64,000 nt of DNA from Clostridiales bacterium (GCA_017513085.1 JAFWDK010000010.1:288001-352000), one strand, 5' to 3'; shown: positions 49,101 through 59,038, numbered from the stretch's first letter. Program-made: numbers and translations. Notes: generated by a model not told the origin, from the sequence alone.

Positions 49101-49786
49101 GATGTCAATCGTCTACAGTTCTTGCAGAAACCATCAGGAATAACATTGAAAGATTCTGAATATTTCGGGAATCTGATTTCCTGCAAAGAGATACAGTTAG
49201 CAAAGGCTTGAGTTCCTTCAACAGGATCAGATTGTCCAACTCTATGAAGCGGACGGCCGGTATCAGGATTGGTAGCCAAAACAGTCTCAAGATCTGTATT
49301 ACTCAGGTCAACGATTTTCAACAGTTCACAGCTCTTAAATGCTTCAGCGCCGATAGTTTTCAATGTTGACGGGAAAGAAACAGTTGTAAGACCTTTACAC
49401 TCATAAAAAGCACCGTTCGAAATGAAACGAACGCCTTCAGGAATAGCAACTTCAGTAATTGGAGCGCCATAACATGCAGAAGGCGCAATACCGCTGATCG
49501 TTACAACCTCACCGGTTTGAGTTACGGTATATTCCTTCGGAATACCTAACCTATCAGAATTATAATGACCACTGGAGTAGCCATAGAACTGATACTCACC
49601 ATTTGCATAAAGAAGTTTATAATCTTCTTCTTCATTAGTGAGAGAGTTGACACCTGTAGCAAGAACGATTTCGCCACTAACAGCGGAAACTTTCTTTGCG
49701 GCAGATAACAGAGAGAAACCGACCGTTCCGACAAGAACAGCCGATACAACTAAGGTCGATGCCCTTAGTAATTTCTTTGCGAACAT
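46142..49786 (-). CDS. BspA-type leucine-rich-repeat surface protein with C-terminal DUF4214-like repeats
   Basis: Signal peptide; >25 repeats like IxxxAFxxCxxLxxVxIP; PT linker; three (F)VxRLYxxxLxRxP/SExxGxxYW units. Confidence 0.9.
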   Translation of the reverse strand: MFAKKLLRASTLVVSAVLVGTVGFSLLSAAKKVSAVSGEIVLATGVNSLTNEEEDYKLLYANGEYQFYGYSSGHYNSDRLGIPKEYTVTQTGEVVTISGIAPSACYGAPITEVAIPEGVRFISNGAFYECKGLTTVSFPSTLKTIGAEAFKSCELLKIVDLSNTDLETVLATNPDTGRPLHRVGQSDPVEGTQAFANCISLQEIRFPKYSESFNVIPDGFCKNCRRLTSISLPDSVTQIDRAAFENNILLESVRFPSGLEVIDSGAFKSCSALTSVKIPNDVFAIGDDAFNECSQLSSVTLSEGSILEGIGAQAFRATKLKTFTIPSTCEKLFIIYKNAFAECKELTTFTVKTKSLRTFDKECFLNCETLTTLSIDANSLTGIGDSCFKNCKLLSDIASKKNNILKKVVSIGPSAFYGCESFTEFLIPDVPTIGEYTFYGCKNIQTLYFSSTNENALDKIGNYAFALCAKLVISGGKLPDTVTVIGDYAFSACSRATSIIAPECLEKIGKGAFKNCTALKAFSIPDGIDEIYEETFYGCASIKSIAIPEEVTIIPAQCFYNCISLESVTMGNQITAIRKQAFYGCAALCHQNGVLSLSKNLELLGDEAFSGCKEIKSVSFPSGVTAIPDRCFAECSLLKSLNLNKVTAVGQAAFEKCVSLENLDFPTGFDTLGRNAFRVCKALEYVIIPDTITQIPDGCFGGCENLQYVKIPSSVTALGRGCFSSCNLIAVELPDSLLAISSEAFEGNRSLHRVKVNNNQVTIISYLGTYTEVDVPEKIFNMPVVKIDDETYRSKNVRSVHVPSSVKSIGNGAFQDCINLLTVRIASTTSIADNAFEGCQTVYNIKDSEAVANAVEIVKFYGYSKTVNIPESLEGKKVIAIGNGAFKGNIYIQDVVVPKSVLSIGAQAFMNCSNAYVLYPAAASVGSQAFAGCKGSEAYGNAPTITAKPTVTVTPAPGKVTPIPADGTIADFVERLYTVALNRQSDPNGKAYWVREVTNGNKTGADCARGFLVDTPEFQNRGLSDDAFVETLYQTFFGRPSEAGGKRYWIGRLQNKTATRLDVILNFIDSTEWCNICAGYGVKSGAPNAKSEIASKNATNFATRLYTCCLGRDPEAGGLKYWSLALTNLEQTGSSAAKQFFDSTEFKNLGTSDEEYVTRLYKTFMDRDPEASGFKYWVGLLKSGTSRYEVLKAFSQTPEFTNICKKYGIDQGTI

Positions 49787-49840
49787 AAGTTAACCTCCTT
49801 CACATGCCAATAATATCGCAACCTATAAAAATTTGTTAAT

Positions 49841-49870
49841 ATTGTAGCACTTATATATACAGGACGTCAA
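49841..49870 (-). promoter_or_regulatory. Sigma-A promoter of the LRR gene
   Basis: TTGACG-18-TACAAT with extended TG. Confidence 0.55.
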
Positions 49871-49980
49871 ACTATTTATTTGCAAGAAATGCCCATATTT
49901 TAGTAATTTGAGTATTATTAAAACCGTTTTAACTTTAGTCGATCAACGAATACTTTATAGCTTAATCCTCAATATGAAAC

Positions 49981-51204
49981 TCACACCTTTGATACACGTT
50001 CGATTTTATATGTCTCGATACCTTCAACGCCTCTTCTGACCAACTCAGGAATATCAAGTTTCTCTTCCGCTTCAACGATATGCTTCTTCTGAGGATGAGT
50101 CTTAGGATGTTTGGCCACGAAAACCGTACAACAGTCCTCATAAGGCAATATAGATGTCTCAAAAGCACCGATCCGTCGGGAAATATTACAGGTTTCTTCT
50201 TTATCGAGTCCGATCAGCGGTCTGAATACCGGCATCGTCTTAACCACCTCGTTCGTGATCTGGATCGCTTCGATCGTCTGGCTAGCAACCTGACCAAGAG
50301 ATTCACCGGTGATCAGACACTTACATCCTTGCTTATTTGCAAGTTCTTCCGCTATTTCGAACATGATCCGTCGCATCGTGATCGTCAGCATATCCTGCGG
50401 ACTGTTTTTATACAGTTCCAATTGAATATCCGTAAAATTGCAAACATGAAGAAGGATCGTTCCGGAATACTGGGAAACGATACGAGCAAGGTCCTTAACC
50501 TTTTCCAGCGCACGTTCACTTGTATACGGATAAGAATGGAAATAGATCGCCTCCAGCTGCATACCGCGTGAAGCCATCATATAGCCGGCAACAGGACTGT
50601 CTATACCGCCGGAAAGAAGCAGCATTCCCTTCCCTGCAGTGCCGACAGGAAGACCGCGATGTCCTTCCAGTTTCTCACTATATACAAAACGGTCTTCTCT
50701 CACTTCAACATAGATCGTAAAGTCAGGTTCATGCACATCAACGGTCAGCTCGGGATGCGCAATTAAAACAGCTTCCCCGACATCGCAGCAGATCTCCGGC
50801 GAAGCAAGCGGAAAACGCTTATCTCCACGTTTTGACTCGACCTTGAATGTCTTATAGTCATGTTCGGAAAGGATCTCGTCGGTCAATTTAACCGCGTGTT
50901 CTTTGATGGATTCCATATCTCCGCTGAATTTCCATACCAGGCTGGCCGATACAAGACCGAAAACCTGAGTTACGGCACGAAGAACATTGGATGCAGTTTC
51001 CTTATCCTCAAGAAGATCCGGATTACTATCCTTCGGTTCGATCCAGATACGGGACTGGCTTTGTACGATCGAAAAAGCACCATACTCTTTAAGTCTCCAT
51101 CTGAGATTATCGATCAGTTGTCTTTCAAACTTTCCTCGATTTAAACCTTTAAGAGCAATTTCACCCATTCTGGCCAAAATGATCGTACGATAGGTCTTAG
51201 TCAT
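49981..51204 (-). CDS. thiI: tRNA 4-thiouridine synthase ThiI
   Basis: GEIALKGLNR, THUMP domain, LLSGGIDSPVA, TGESLGQVASQT, EDCC. Confidence 0.95.
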   Translation of the reverse strand: MTKTYRTIILARMGEIALKGLNRGKFERQLIDNLRWRLKEYGAFSIVQSQSRIWIEPKDSNPDLLEDKETASNVLRAVTQVFGLVSASLVWKFSGDMESIKEHAVKLTDEILSEHDYKTFKVESKRGDKRFPLASPEICCDVGEAVLIAHPELTVDVHEPDFTIYVEVREDRFVYSEKLEGHRGLPVGTAGKGMLLLSGGIDSPVAGYMMASRGMQLEAIYFHSYPYTSERALEKVKDLARIVSQYSGTILLHVCNFTDIQLELYKNSPQDMLTITMRRIMFEIAEELANKQGCKCLITGESLGQVASQTIEAIQITNEVVKTMPVFRPLIGLDKEETCNISRRIGAFETSILPYEDCCTVFVAKHPKTHPQKKHIVEAEEKLDIPELVRRGVEGIETYKIERVSKV

Positions 51205-51266
51205 TTTCTTATCTCCTTGATATGTGATCAATTATCAGTCTGATTCATGTTTTATCCGAAAAGCGC

Positions 51267-52406
51267 TCAGACCTTGTACTTTTCGTAAATCTCCTTGATT
51301 GCATCTATGGTCATTTTCAACTCTTCTGCCGTTGTAAACCTTGAAAAACTGAAACGGACAGCATTTGCGGCGATTTCTCTTCTGATTCCCATTTCGGTCA
51401 ACACATAGCTTACCTTCTTCGATTTCGAAGAACAAGCGGAAACCGTCGAAACAAAGATATCCTTTTCTTCCAAGCAATGCAACATCGTCTCGGACTGAAA
51501 AGACGGAAAGGCAACATTTAAGACATAAGGCAAAGATCCTTCCGGAGACAGGATCTGTATCCCTAGATCCTGAAGCTGACTGGCAAAATCATCACGGATC
51601 ATCTGCATTTTTGAAAGATTATCATCAATGCTCTCCGTTGCTTTTTCCAAAGCTAATGCAAAAGCACTTGCCAGATATGCGCTCTGCGTCCCGGAACGCA
51701 TACCTCGCTGCTGTCCTCCTCCAAGTATCAGTGGAGCAACGCGGACACCGGATTTAATGTACAGTAATCCGAATCCTTTTAACGCATGGATCTTATGCCC
51801 CGAAAAAGACGCCATATCCACACCCATGCGTGAGAGCGCAATAGGCAGTTTTCCTAAAGACTGCACACAATCCAAATGTATCTTGGTATTGCGGTTCTTT
51901 TTGTTTCGAATCTCAATGATCTCAGCAAGCGGCAGGATCGCGCCGGTCTCGTTGTTCACATGGGTAAATGTCAAAAGAGCAGTATTCTCATTAATTTCCC
52001 GGGAGAGTCTGTTAAGATCAGGCTTTCCGGAAGCATCGACAGGAATATAACATATCTCGTATCCCTCTTTGGCAAGTTTTTCCAAAGATTCGAGAGATGC
52101 TTTATGCTCTGTCTTCGTGGAAATGATCTTCTTCCCGGCTCTCGGATTCTGATGAACATATCCCAAAATGGAAGTATTTACCGACTCCGAACCGCACGAA
52201 GTAAAATAGATCTCCTCTTTCTTACAAGATAGAATACGCGAGATATTCTCGGAACTCTCATTCAGATCTTTTTCGGCCAGCACACCAAGACGATGAAGAG
52301 ATCCCGGGTTTCCGAAAGTCTCTTCCCCGCTTAAAGATTCATAAACCAAACGAGCCACTTCAGGAAGTGGCTTCGTGGTTGCACTATTATCTAAATAAAT
52401 GCTCAT
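51267..52406 (-). CDS. Cysteine desulfurase paired with ThiI (NifZ-like)
   Basis: YLDNSATT, GNPGSLH, VNNETG, SGHKIHA, SACSS; upstream of thiI. Confidence 0.88.
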   Translation of the reverse strand: MSIYLDNSATTKPLPEVARLVYESLSGEETFGNPGSLHRLGVLAEKDLNESSENISRILSCKKEEIYFTSCGSESVNTSILGYVHQNPRAGKKIISTKTEHKASLESLEKLAKEGYEICYIPVDASGKPDLNRLSREINENTALLTFTHVNNETGAILPLAEIIEIRNKKNRNTKIHLDCVQSLGKLPIALSRMGVDMASFSGHKIHALKGFGLLYIKSGVRVAPLILGGGQQRGMRSGTQSAYLASAFALALEKATESIDDNLSKMQMIRDDFASQLQDLGIQILSPEGSLPYVLNVAFPSFQSETMLHCLEEKDIFVSTVSACSSKSKKVSYVLTEMGIRREIAANAVRFSFSRFTTAEELKMTIDAIKEIYEKYKV

Positions 52407-52456
52407 ATTTTCTTTCCGTTTCAAAAGCACTATCCGTGCATCGTATTTTTCCGAAC

Positions 52457-53890
52457 TTATACTGTAAGTTCCGGTTCATCGATATCCAACTCGGATGCAT
52501 AAAGCTTCAGGACCGGTTCCACATCGTTTTTAAGGAAAGATGTGACCTGCTCCGGGCAACGACCGATATAGAGCTTCGGATCAAGAAGCGTATCAAGGGA
52601 ATCCTTATCAAGACCAAATGCAGGATCCTCAGCGATACGTGACAGAAGATCATTCGGCTTACCCTCTTCTTTTACAACCTTACCGGCTGCCATAGAGTGT
52701 ACGCGGATCTTCTCATGCAGATCCTGACGATCACCGCCACGCTTTACAGCCTCCATCATGATATTCTCGGTTGCCATAAAAGGAAGCTCATCCATAATGT
52801 GCTTATGGATCATCTTCGGATAAACGACAAGGCCGAAAACAACATTCTGATAAATACTCAGGATCGCATCAACTGCTAGGAAAGCTTCCGGAACACTGAT
52901 ACGCTTGTTTGCCGAGTCATCAAGAGTTCTCTCGAACCACTGTTCAGAAGCTGTCATAGCCGGATTCAAAGCATTCGCGATCACGTAACGGGACAAGGAG
53001 CAGATACGCTCGGAGCGCATCGGGTTACGCTTGTAAGCCATAGCGGAAGAACCGATCTGTGTTTTCTCGAAAGGCTCCTCGATTTCCTTAAGGTGCTGCA
53101 GCAGACGGATGTCGTTGCTGAACTTATGTGCAGAAGTTGCAATGCCGGAAAGTGTATTCAATACCTTGGCATCCAGTTTTCTGGTATAGGTCTGACCGCT
53201 GACGGAGATGGAAGCTTCAAAGCCCATCTTCTCAGCAATCATCTTGTCCAGTTTTTCAACCTTATCATGATCGCCCTGGAAAAGATCCAGGAAACTGGCC
53301 TGTGTACCTGTTGTACCCTTACAGCCCAATGGTTTCAGACAAGACAAAGTATAATCGAGTTCGTCCAGGTCAATAAGAAGATCCTGAAGCCACAAAGTTG
53401 CACGCTTGCCTACGGTTACAAGCTGGGCAGGCTGAAAATGCGTAAAACCAAGCGTCGGCATAGCTTTATACTCATCTGCGAACTTGGCAAGTTTCTCGAT
53501 CACGACAAGAAGTCTCTTTCTCGTCAAAATCAATGCCTCACGCATAAGAAGAATATCGGTATTATCTCCAACATAACAGGAAGTTGCACCAAGATGGATG
53601 ATACCTTTGGCTTTCGGGCACTGCTCACCATACGCATGTACATGCGCCATAACGTCATGGCGGACAAGTTTTTCTTCTCTGGCCGCTACATCATAATTGA
53701 TATCATCCTTGCTGGCTTCAAGCTCGGCAATCTGTTCATCCGTGATGTTCAAACCAAGTTCTTTTTCACAAGAAGCAAGATAGATCCAGAGCTGTCTCCA
53801 TGTTTTGAACTTGTGATCAGGCGAAAAGATCGCCTTCATTTCCTTACTGGAATAACGGGAATTCAGTGGACTCTCGTAGATATCTTTCAT
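52457..53890 (-). CDS. purB: Adenylosuccinate lyase
   Basis: RHDVMAH, HLGATS, GFTHFQPAQ, GSSAMAYKRNP. Confidence 0.96.
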   Translation of the reverse strand: MKDIYESPLNSRYSSKEMKAIFSPDHKFKTWRQLWIYLASCEKELGLNITDEQIAELEASKDDINYDVAAREEKLVRHDVMAHVHAYGEQCPKAKGIIHLGATSCYVGDNTDILLMREALILTRKRLLVVIEKLAKFADEYKAMPTLGFTHFQPAQLVTVGKRATLWLQDLLIDLDELDYTLSCLKPLGCKGTTGTQASFLDLFQGDHDKVEKLDKMIAEKMGFEASISVSGQTYTRKLDAKVLNTLSGIATSAHKFSNDIRLLQHLKEIEEPFEKTQIGSSAMAYKRNPMRSERICSLSRYVIANALNPAMTASEQWFERTLDDSANKRISVPEAFLAVDAILSIYQNVVFGLVVYPKMIHKHIMDELPFMATENIMMEAVKRGGDRQDLHEKIRVHSMAAGKVVKEEGKPNDLLSRIAEDPAFGLDKDSLDTLLDPKLYIGRCPEQVTSFLKNDVEPVLKLYASELDIDEPELTV

Positions 53891-53894
53891 GACA

Positions 53895-55184
53895 TTACTC
53901 CTCCAAAAGTTTTCTTACAGCAGATAGTTTAGCACAAACCGACAAAACTGTAACGGCTACTTCAATATCTTTGACATTCGGGAAACTCGGAGCAATACGG
54001 ATATTGCTGTCTTGAGGATCGTTACCGTAGGGGTAGGTCGCACCTGCAGGTGTCAGAGCTACGCCACACTCTTTTGCCAGACGTACCGTCTCCTTTGCTG
54101 TTCCATTGAGAACAAAGAGAGAAACGAAATAACCGCCGAGAGGATTATTCCAGTGGGCGACACCCGATCCTTCGAACTCATCCTTCAGGATCTTCAGAAC
54201 CATTTCAAACTTCGGACGGAGGAGTTCCGCCTGCTTGGACATGATCTTCTTGACCGCCTCAAGGTTCGGTACATATTTAGCGTGCATGAGCTGGATGATC
54301 TTGTTCGGTCCGATGGACTGCACACCAAGATACTTTCTTGCACGAGTGGTGTTCTCATCGTTTGCCGCCATGCAGGCAATACCGGCACCGGCAAAGGTAA
54401 TCTTACTTGTAGAAGCGAACTCGTATACGCGGTTCGGATTACCGGCCTCACGGGCAAGCTTCAGGATATCCGGCAGAGTTCCCTGCTTATTAACATCATC
54501 ATAGAGGTGATGAACAACATATGCGTTATCCCACATAATACGGAAATCCGGAGCCGCGGTCTTCATGGAAACCAGACGCTTGCAAACTTCTTCAGAATAA
54601 ATGTATCCATCCGGATTGCTGTAGAGCGGCATCGCCCACATACCCAGGATCGACGGATCTTCAGAAACCAGCTTTTCCACCATGTCCATATCCGGACCGT
54701 CTTCATTGAGCGGAACAGCGATCAGTTCAAAACCCAAAGTCTGTGTAACAAGGAAATGACGGTCATAACCCGGAACCGGGCAGATCCACTTACGGTTCGG
54801 GATCTGGGACCACGGCTTTTCCGACTCGATCTCACCAAAGATCAAGGAACGGGAAAGTGTATCATACATCAGCTGCAGGCTGGAGTTATTACCAACTGTA
54901 ACGAGGGACGGATCCACACCCAGGATCTCACCAAAAAGATTTCTGGACTCCTTCAGGCCGAACGGCACACCGTAGTTACGGCAGTCCGAACCATCTTCTG
55001 CCTTCAAATTATTTGCATCAAGAAGTCCGGGCATTTCATTTGCAATGCTCAACTGATCCGGGCTCGGCTTACCACGCGTCATATCCAAAGCCAGATTACG
55101 GGATTTCAGATCGTTGTAACGGATCTCCAAAATCTTGAGTGTTTCCTGTAGTTCCGCCTTGCTCAGTTCAAGATAAGTCTTCAT
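53895..55184 (-). CDS. Class I PLP aminotransferase (actinobacterial aspartate aminotransferase-like)
   Basis: LDMTRGKP, DCRNYG, PGYDRHF, YSNPDG, WDNAY, STSKITF, IRIAPS. Confidence 0.88.
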   Translation of the reverse strand: MKTYLELSKAELQETLKILEIRYNDLKSRNLALDMTRGKPSPDQLSIANEMPGLLDANNLKAEDGSDCRNYGVPFGLKESRNLFGEILGVDPSLVTVGNNSSLQLMYDTLSRSLIFGEIESEKPWSQIPNRKWICPVPGYDRHFLVTQTLGFELIAVPLNEDGPDMDMVEKLVSEDPSILGMWAMPLYSNPDGYIYSEEVCKRLVSMKTAAPDFRIMWDNAYVVHHLYDDVNKQGTLPDILKLAREAGNPNRVYEFASTSKITFAGAGIACMAANDENTTRARKYLGVQSIGPNKIIQLMHAKYVPNLEAVKKIMSKQAELLRPKFEMVLKILKDEFEGSGVAHWNNPLGGYFVSLFVLNGTAKETVRLAKECGVALTPAGATYPYGNDPQDSNIRIAPSFPNVKDIEVAVTVLSVCAKLSAVRKLLEE

Positions 55185-55449
55185 TGACATCACCCTCCAG
55201 TTGATTTGTTGTTTTTCTTCGTCCAAAGCACTCAAAAAGCAACTTTGTTTGTGTCCACTTGCATTTTCTATCCTAATTATGGAAATTAAACCTTTCCTAT
55301 TATGGTATAACTGAAAGATTTTGACAAGCAACTTGCAGATGTTTTACACGATTTCGATAAAATGTCCAAAAGAAGTGCTTTTACCTGGCGCTTCGAGGGC
55401 AAATTGGCAATACCAATGACGGAAATGATAATCGGAAACTGCAAAAATG

Positions 55450-56811
55450 CTATGGATTGCAGATCCTGCAAGGCGTATACCCATCATCGATCAGTTCCTG
55501 ACGGTCTCCCTTGAAATACATCTTGTTCGACTCTTTCATCTTCCGAACCGCTTCACAATTCGGATAATGGAATTTGTGGGAGTTCGTGTTGCAGACGTAA
55601 TCGCAATCATGATCCGTCCCCGGATCCGGGTTATCGATAACAGGTCCGAGGAAAACGTCGCCATCGGTTTCGGTTTCCGTTTCCACCGTGATCTTCTCCC
55701 CGTCACTATACACAAGAATGTCTCCATGCATATCCGTACGGAACAATTCCACATTTCTTTCTTTCAAAAGATCCAGTACGGACTGTTTGGGAAACCCGTA
55801 TGCGTTATCCCAACCGCAGGAAATGATGGCAAATGATGGGGCCACCGCATCGAGAAAAGCCTCAGTAGTCGAGTACTCACTTCCGTGATGACCGACCTTT
55901 AAGAGCGTACTCTCAAGTTTTTGATCAGAATTCAAGAGAGTATACTCTTCGTCATACTCGGCATCCCCGGTGAAAAGAAACGATGTCTTACCATATTCGA
56001 GACGTATCACGATCGAATTATTGTTTGTCGACTCCAGTTCTTCTATCGGAGCAAGCACAGTAAGTTTCGCGCCGCCAAGAGAAAGCTCCGTTCCGGCTTC
56101 GGGAATCTCCAGCTCTACCTTTTGTTTGTTGAGATATTTCTGGAAACTCGAGAACGGACGGCTGTCATACTCGTCCACCGAGCAAAAAGCACGTTCTACA
56201 GTCGCTATATTCAGCGCCGCGGCAAGTCCTCCGATGTGATCGTCATCCGGATGCGTGGCCACGATGTATTTCAAATGTGTGATATCAAGTTTTTTCAAAT
56301 AGGAATAAATCAGTTCCGACTTGTCCGATGCGCCGCCATCGATCAGCATGGCCTCCCCGTCACAGATGATCAAGGAAGCATCGCCCTGATCTACATCAAT
56401 AAAATGAATGACCAGTTCTTTTTCAGCAGGATCATCAGGCACAGATGGTTCAGCCGTTTCCGAAGTTTTGGAAGGTGCTTTCGTTAATTCTGACGACGAT
56501 TCTTCAGTTACTTCCGAAGTCGTCGTTTCTTCCGCCGTACTCTCCGACGAAGTTGTTTCTTCCGTTGTAGATTCCGTCATGCTCTCCGACGTCGTCGTTT
56601 CTTCTATCGTGGATTCCGTTGTGGTCTCTGACGTAGTCGTTACTTCCGTCGCGGACTCCGTTGCACTCTCTGTTGTCGTTTCTACGGTCGTTGTTTGCTC
56701 TGTTGTGGCCTCCTCTTTTGTTGTCGGATTTGAGCATCCGAAAGCCAATCCCATTGACAAAGCAATAAGGACAGCAAGTATGGTTTTCGATTTTCGGATC
56801 CATTTCATCAT
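55450..56811 (-). CDS. Lipoprotein with ComEC/Rec2-like metallo-beta-lactamase domain and C-terminal Ada-type Zn domain
   Basis: Lipobox AFGC; T/E/S linker; DVDQGD, THPDDDHIGG, FTGDAE, KVGHHGS, RTD..G; KFH.PNC...GYTPCRICNP. Confidence 0.88.
   Translation of the reverse strand: MMKWIRKSKTILAVLIALSMGLAFGCSNPTTKEEATTEQTTTVETTTESATESATEVTTTSETTTESTIEETTTSESMTESTTEETTSSESTAEETTTSEVTEESSSELTKAPSKTSETAEPSVPDDPAEKELVIHFIDVDQGDASLIICDGEAMLIDGGASDKSELIYSYLKKLDITHLKYIVATHPDDDHIGGLAAALNIATVERAFCSVDEYDSRPFSSFQKYLNKQKVELEIPEAGTELSLGGAKLTVLAPIEELESTNNNSIVIRLEYGKTSFLFTGDAEYDEEYTLLNSDQKLESTLLKVGHHGSEYSTTEAFLDAVAPSFAIISCGWDNAYGFPKQSVLDLLKERNVELFRTDMHGDILVYSDGEKITVETETETDGDVFLGPVIDNPDPGTDHDCDYVCNTNSHKFHYPNCEAVRKMKESNKMYFKGDRQELIDDGYTPCRICNP
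56461..56722 (-). repeat. Degenerate Thr/Glu/Ser-rich linker repeats (EETTT/SSES)
   Basis: Translation ...TTESTIEETTTSESMTESTTEETTSSESTAEETTTSEVTEESSSE... Confidence 0.7.
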
Positions 56812-56826
56812 GTCATTTCATCCATC

Positions 56827-57189
56827 TCAAAAGAACGGCGTAAACTGCACATCCAGAATATTACCCTGCGCATCGTGGAGCACACCGGCCACATAGAACG
56901 AAACCACATCCCAAGAGATGTGATTCTCTTTACAATAGTATACCGCAGTCTTCATGACTTTGTTCTGCTTTGAAGCCGTCACTGCTTCCTCGGGTGTACC
57001 GAAACGCATCTCTTTGTACCGCGACTTCATCTCGATCACCAGGATCTTTCCCTTGTATTCACAGATAATATCGAGCTCTCCGACACGCGGTACGGAATAA
57101 TTACGCGCAAGGATCTTCGCGCCACGTTTTTCAAGATACGCCGCGACATACTCCTCCGAAGCCTTCCCGATGTTCTGGTTTCTGGTCAT
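56827..57189 (-). CDS. yraN: YraN/UPF0102 nuclease-family protein
   Basis: GKASEE..A.YL, LARNY, GELDII, IEMKSR, PEEAVT. Confidence 0.85.
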   Translation of the reverse strand: MTRNQNIGKASEEYVAAYLEKRGAKILARNYSVPRVGELDIICEYKGKILVIEMKSRYKEMRFGTPEEAVTASKQNKVMKTAVYYCKENHISWDVVSFYVAGVLHDAQGNILDVQFTPFF

Positions 57190-57197
57190 ACAGAACC

Positions 57198-57827
57198 TCA
57201 ATGCATTTTCTTCAGGAAAGACATCCTATGGATCGGCGAAATACCCAGTTCATGGATCGCCGCATAATGCGCCGCGGTTCCATACCCCTTATGCTGGGCA
57301 AACCCGTATCCCGGGAATTCTTTATCGTACTCCTCCATGATCCGGTCACGCGTCACTTTAGCCAGGATCGAAGCCGCGGCGATCGAATTAGACTTCGCAT
57401 CTCCCTTAATGATCGGCTTTACGGGAATCCCCGTACCGGTAAGATTCACCGCATCGATCAGAAGCACATCCGGTTTCAGGGCAAGTCCCGCAACGCAGGC
57501 ACGCATTGCCTTCTTCGTCGCTTCCAGGATATTGATCTCATCGATTTCTTTCGGTTCCACTCTTATGACGCAAAAGCACTTGGCCTTCTCTTTTATCTCA
57601 TCAAAAAGAACATCGCGTTTCTTAGGGGAGAGTTTCTTCGAATCATCCAGACCATAGATCGGTTTCTCCGGATCCAGAATACAGGCCGCAGCCACGACCG
57701 GTCCCGCAAGCGGACCTCTTCCCGCCTCATCAATACCACAGCAGACAGGCATACCTTCAGAAGCGGATTCTTTCTCATATGCAGACATTTCTTCAAACTT
57801 CAGTTTGAGTTTTTCTTCTCTGGTCAT
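57198..57827 (-). CDS. rnhB: Ribonuclease HII
   Basis: GIDEAGRGPLAGPV, DDSKKL, KGD, AASILAKV.RD, HKGYGT. Confidence 0.96.
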   Translation of the reverse strand: MTREEKLKLKFEEMSAYEKESASEGMPVCCGIDEAGRGPLAGPVVAAACILDPEKPIYGLDDSKKLSPKKRDVLFDEIKEKAKCFCVIRVEPKEIDEINILEATKKAMRACVAGLALKPDVLLIDAVNLTGTGIPVKPIIKGDAKSNSIAAASILAKVTRDRIMEEYDKEFPGYGFAQHKGYGTAAHYAAIHELGISPIHRMSFLKKMH

Positions 57828-57829
57828 AG

Positions 57830-58720
57830 TTACTCCTTGTCGGGCTGATTCGGGGTTTCGAGTGTGATCCTGGCAATACGGATGTTACGCAGATCATCAA
57901 GGAACAGTTTCGCGAACCGCTCATCATTGATGCGTCCGCCGGAAAGAATGCACCCCATCTTTCTTGCCGCCTCTTCAAATCTTTCATAATCGTCTTCGAT
58001 ATAGTCTTCGGAACCTAGCGGAGCCAATTTGTATCGCGTATAGAATTCCTGGGGATAGAGCTTCTCGATAAGCTTCATACCTGAAAACGCCACATCTACC
58101 ACATCGACCACTTCCACCTTTACGGCTCCGGTCAGCGTCAGAACAAGCTGATTTCTCGGAGTTCCAAGCCTTGGCCAAAGCACTCCCGGCATATCCATCA
58201 GTTCCAACTGCCCGTCGGATCTCGCCCATTTAAAATCGCGCGTTACGCCAGGCATATCCCCTGTAACTGCAATCTTTCTATTGCAAAGCCCGTTGATCAA
58301 AGTAGATTTACCGGAATTCGGCACACCGACCACCATGGCACGGACAGGCCGACCGATACGTCCTTTGGCCTCTGCTTTAGAAAGCACATCTTTACAGGCG
58401 TCCACAGCCATACTTCTTAATTTGTCCAGGCCTTTCTTATGCGATGCATCAATAGCAATCGCAGAGATGCCCTGGGAACGGTAGTAATCGAGCCACTCGT
58501 CCGTTTTTCTCTCGTCCGCCAGATCAGCTTTGTTCAGTACGACGATCCTGGGTTTCTTTGCAACCAGCGAATCCAGATCAGGATTGCGGCTGGAAATCGG
58601 GATCCTGGCATCTACCGTCTCAAAAACGATGTCAACGAACTTCAATTTGTCCGAAACCTCGTTCAGTGCTTTTCGCATATGACCTGGAAACCAGTTGATA
58701 TTACCTTTTGTATCGCTCAT
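57830..58720 (-). CDS. rbgA: Ribosome biogenesis GTPase RbgA/YlqF
   Basis: INWFPGHM, DARIP.SSRNP, NKADL, GVPNSGKSTLIN, PGVT, DMPG. Confidence 0.95.
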   Translation of the reverse strand: MSDTKGNINWFPGHMRKALNEVSDKLKFVDIVFETVDARIPISSRNPDLDSLVAKKPRIVVLNKADLADERKTDEWLDYYRSQGISAIAIDASHKKGLDKLRSMAVDACKDVLSKAEAKGRIGRPVRAMVVGVPNSGKSTLINGLCNRKIAVTGDMPGVTRDFKWARSDGQLELMDMPGVLWPRLGTPRNQLVLTLTGAVKVEVVDVVDVAFSGMKLIEKLYPQEFYTRYKLAPLGSEDYIEDDYERFEEAARKMGCILSGGRINDERFAKLFLDDLRNIRIARITLETPNQPDKE

Positions 58721-59038
58721 AATTCATCCTTCAGATCGTTCCTCGATCTATCACTATAGACTGTTCCCGCCTGATACCAAATCTCATAATTTTCAGCAAA
58801 AACACTTTCACATTTCCAGGAAAGGTTAACGCCATTTCCTTCAACATTGGAAACACCCTTTACCTCCTGCCATTTCCCAAGTGATTCAAAACACACATAA
58901 ATTATTATACCATTCCTGTTTTTCTATGATTCACATGTAAAAAAGAATTATTACATATCCGTCATGTGACGATTCATAAACCAATCTTACGCAAACAAAG
59001 CTATACAATGGAGTCATCAACACCAAGGAGTAAAACAA

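Noticed and set aside
47000-49500. Periodic sequence similarity suggesting an array or diversity-generating element
   Set aside because: Explained by protein-level LRR repeats; there are no identical DNA repeats, reverse transcriptase or invertase nearby.
56408-56896. Val/Ser-rich + strand ORF and apparent repeat array
   Set aside because: It is the antisense of the T/E-rich lipoprotein linker; the repeats are degenerate coding repeats, not CRISPR.
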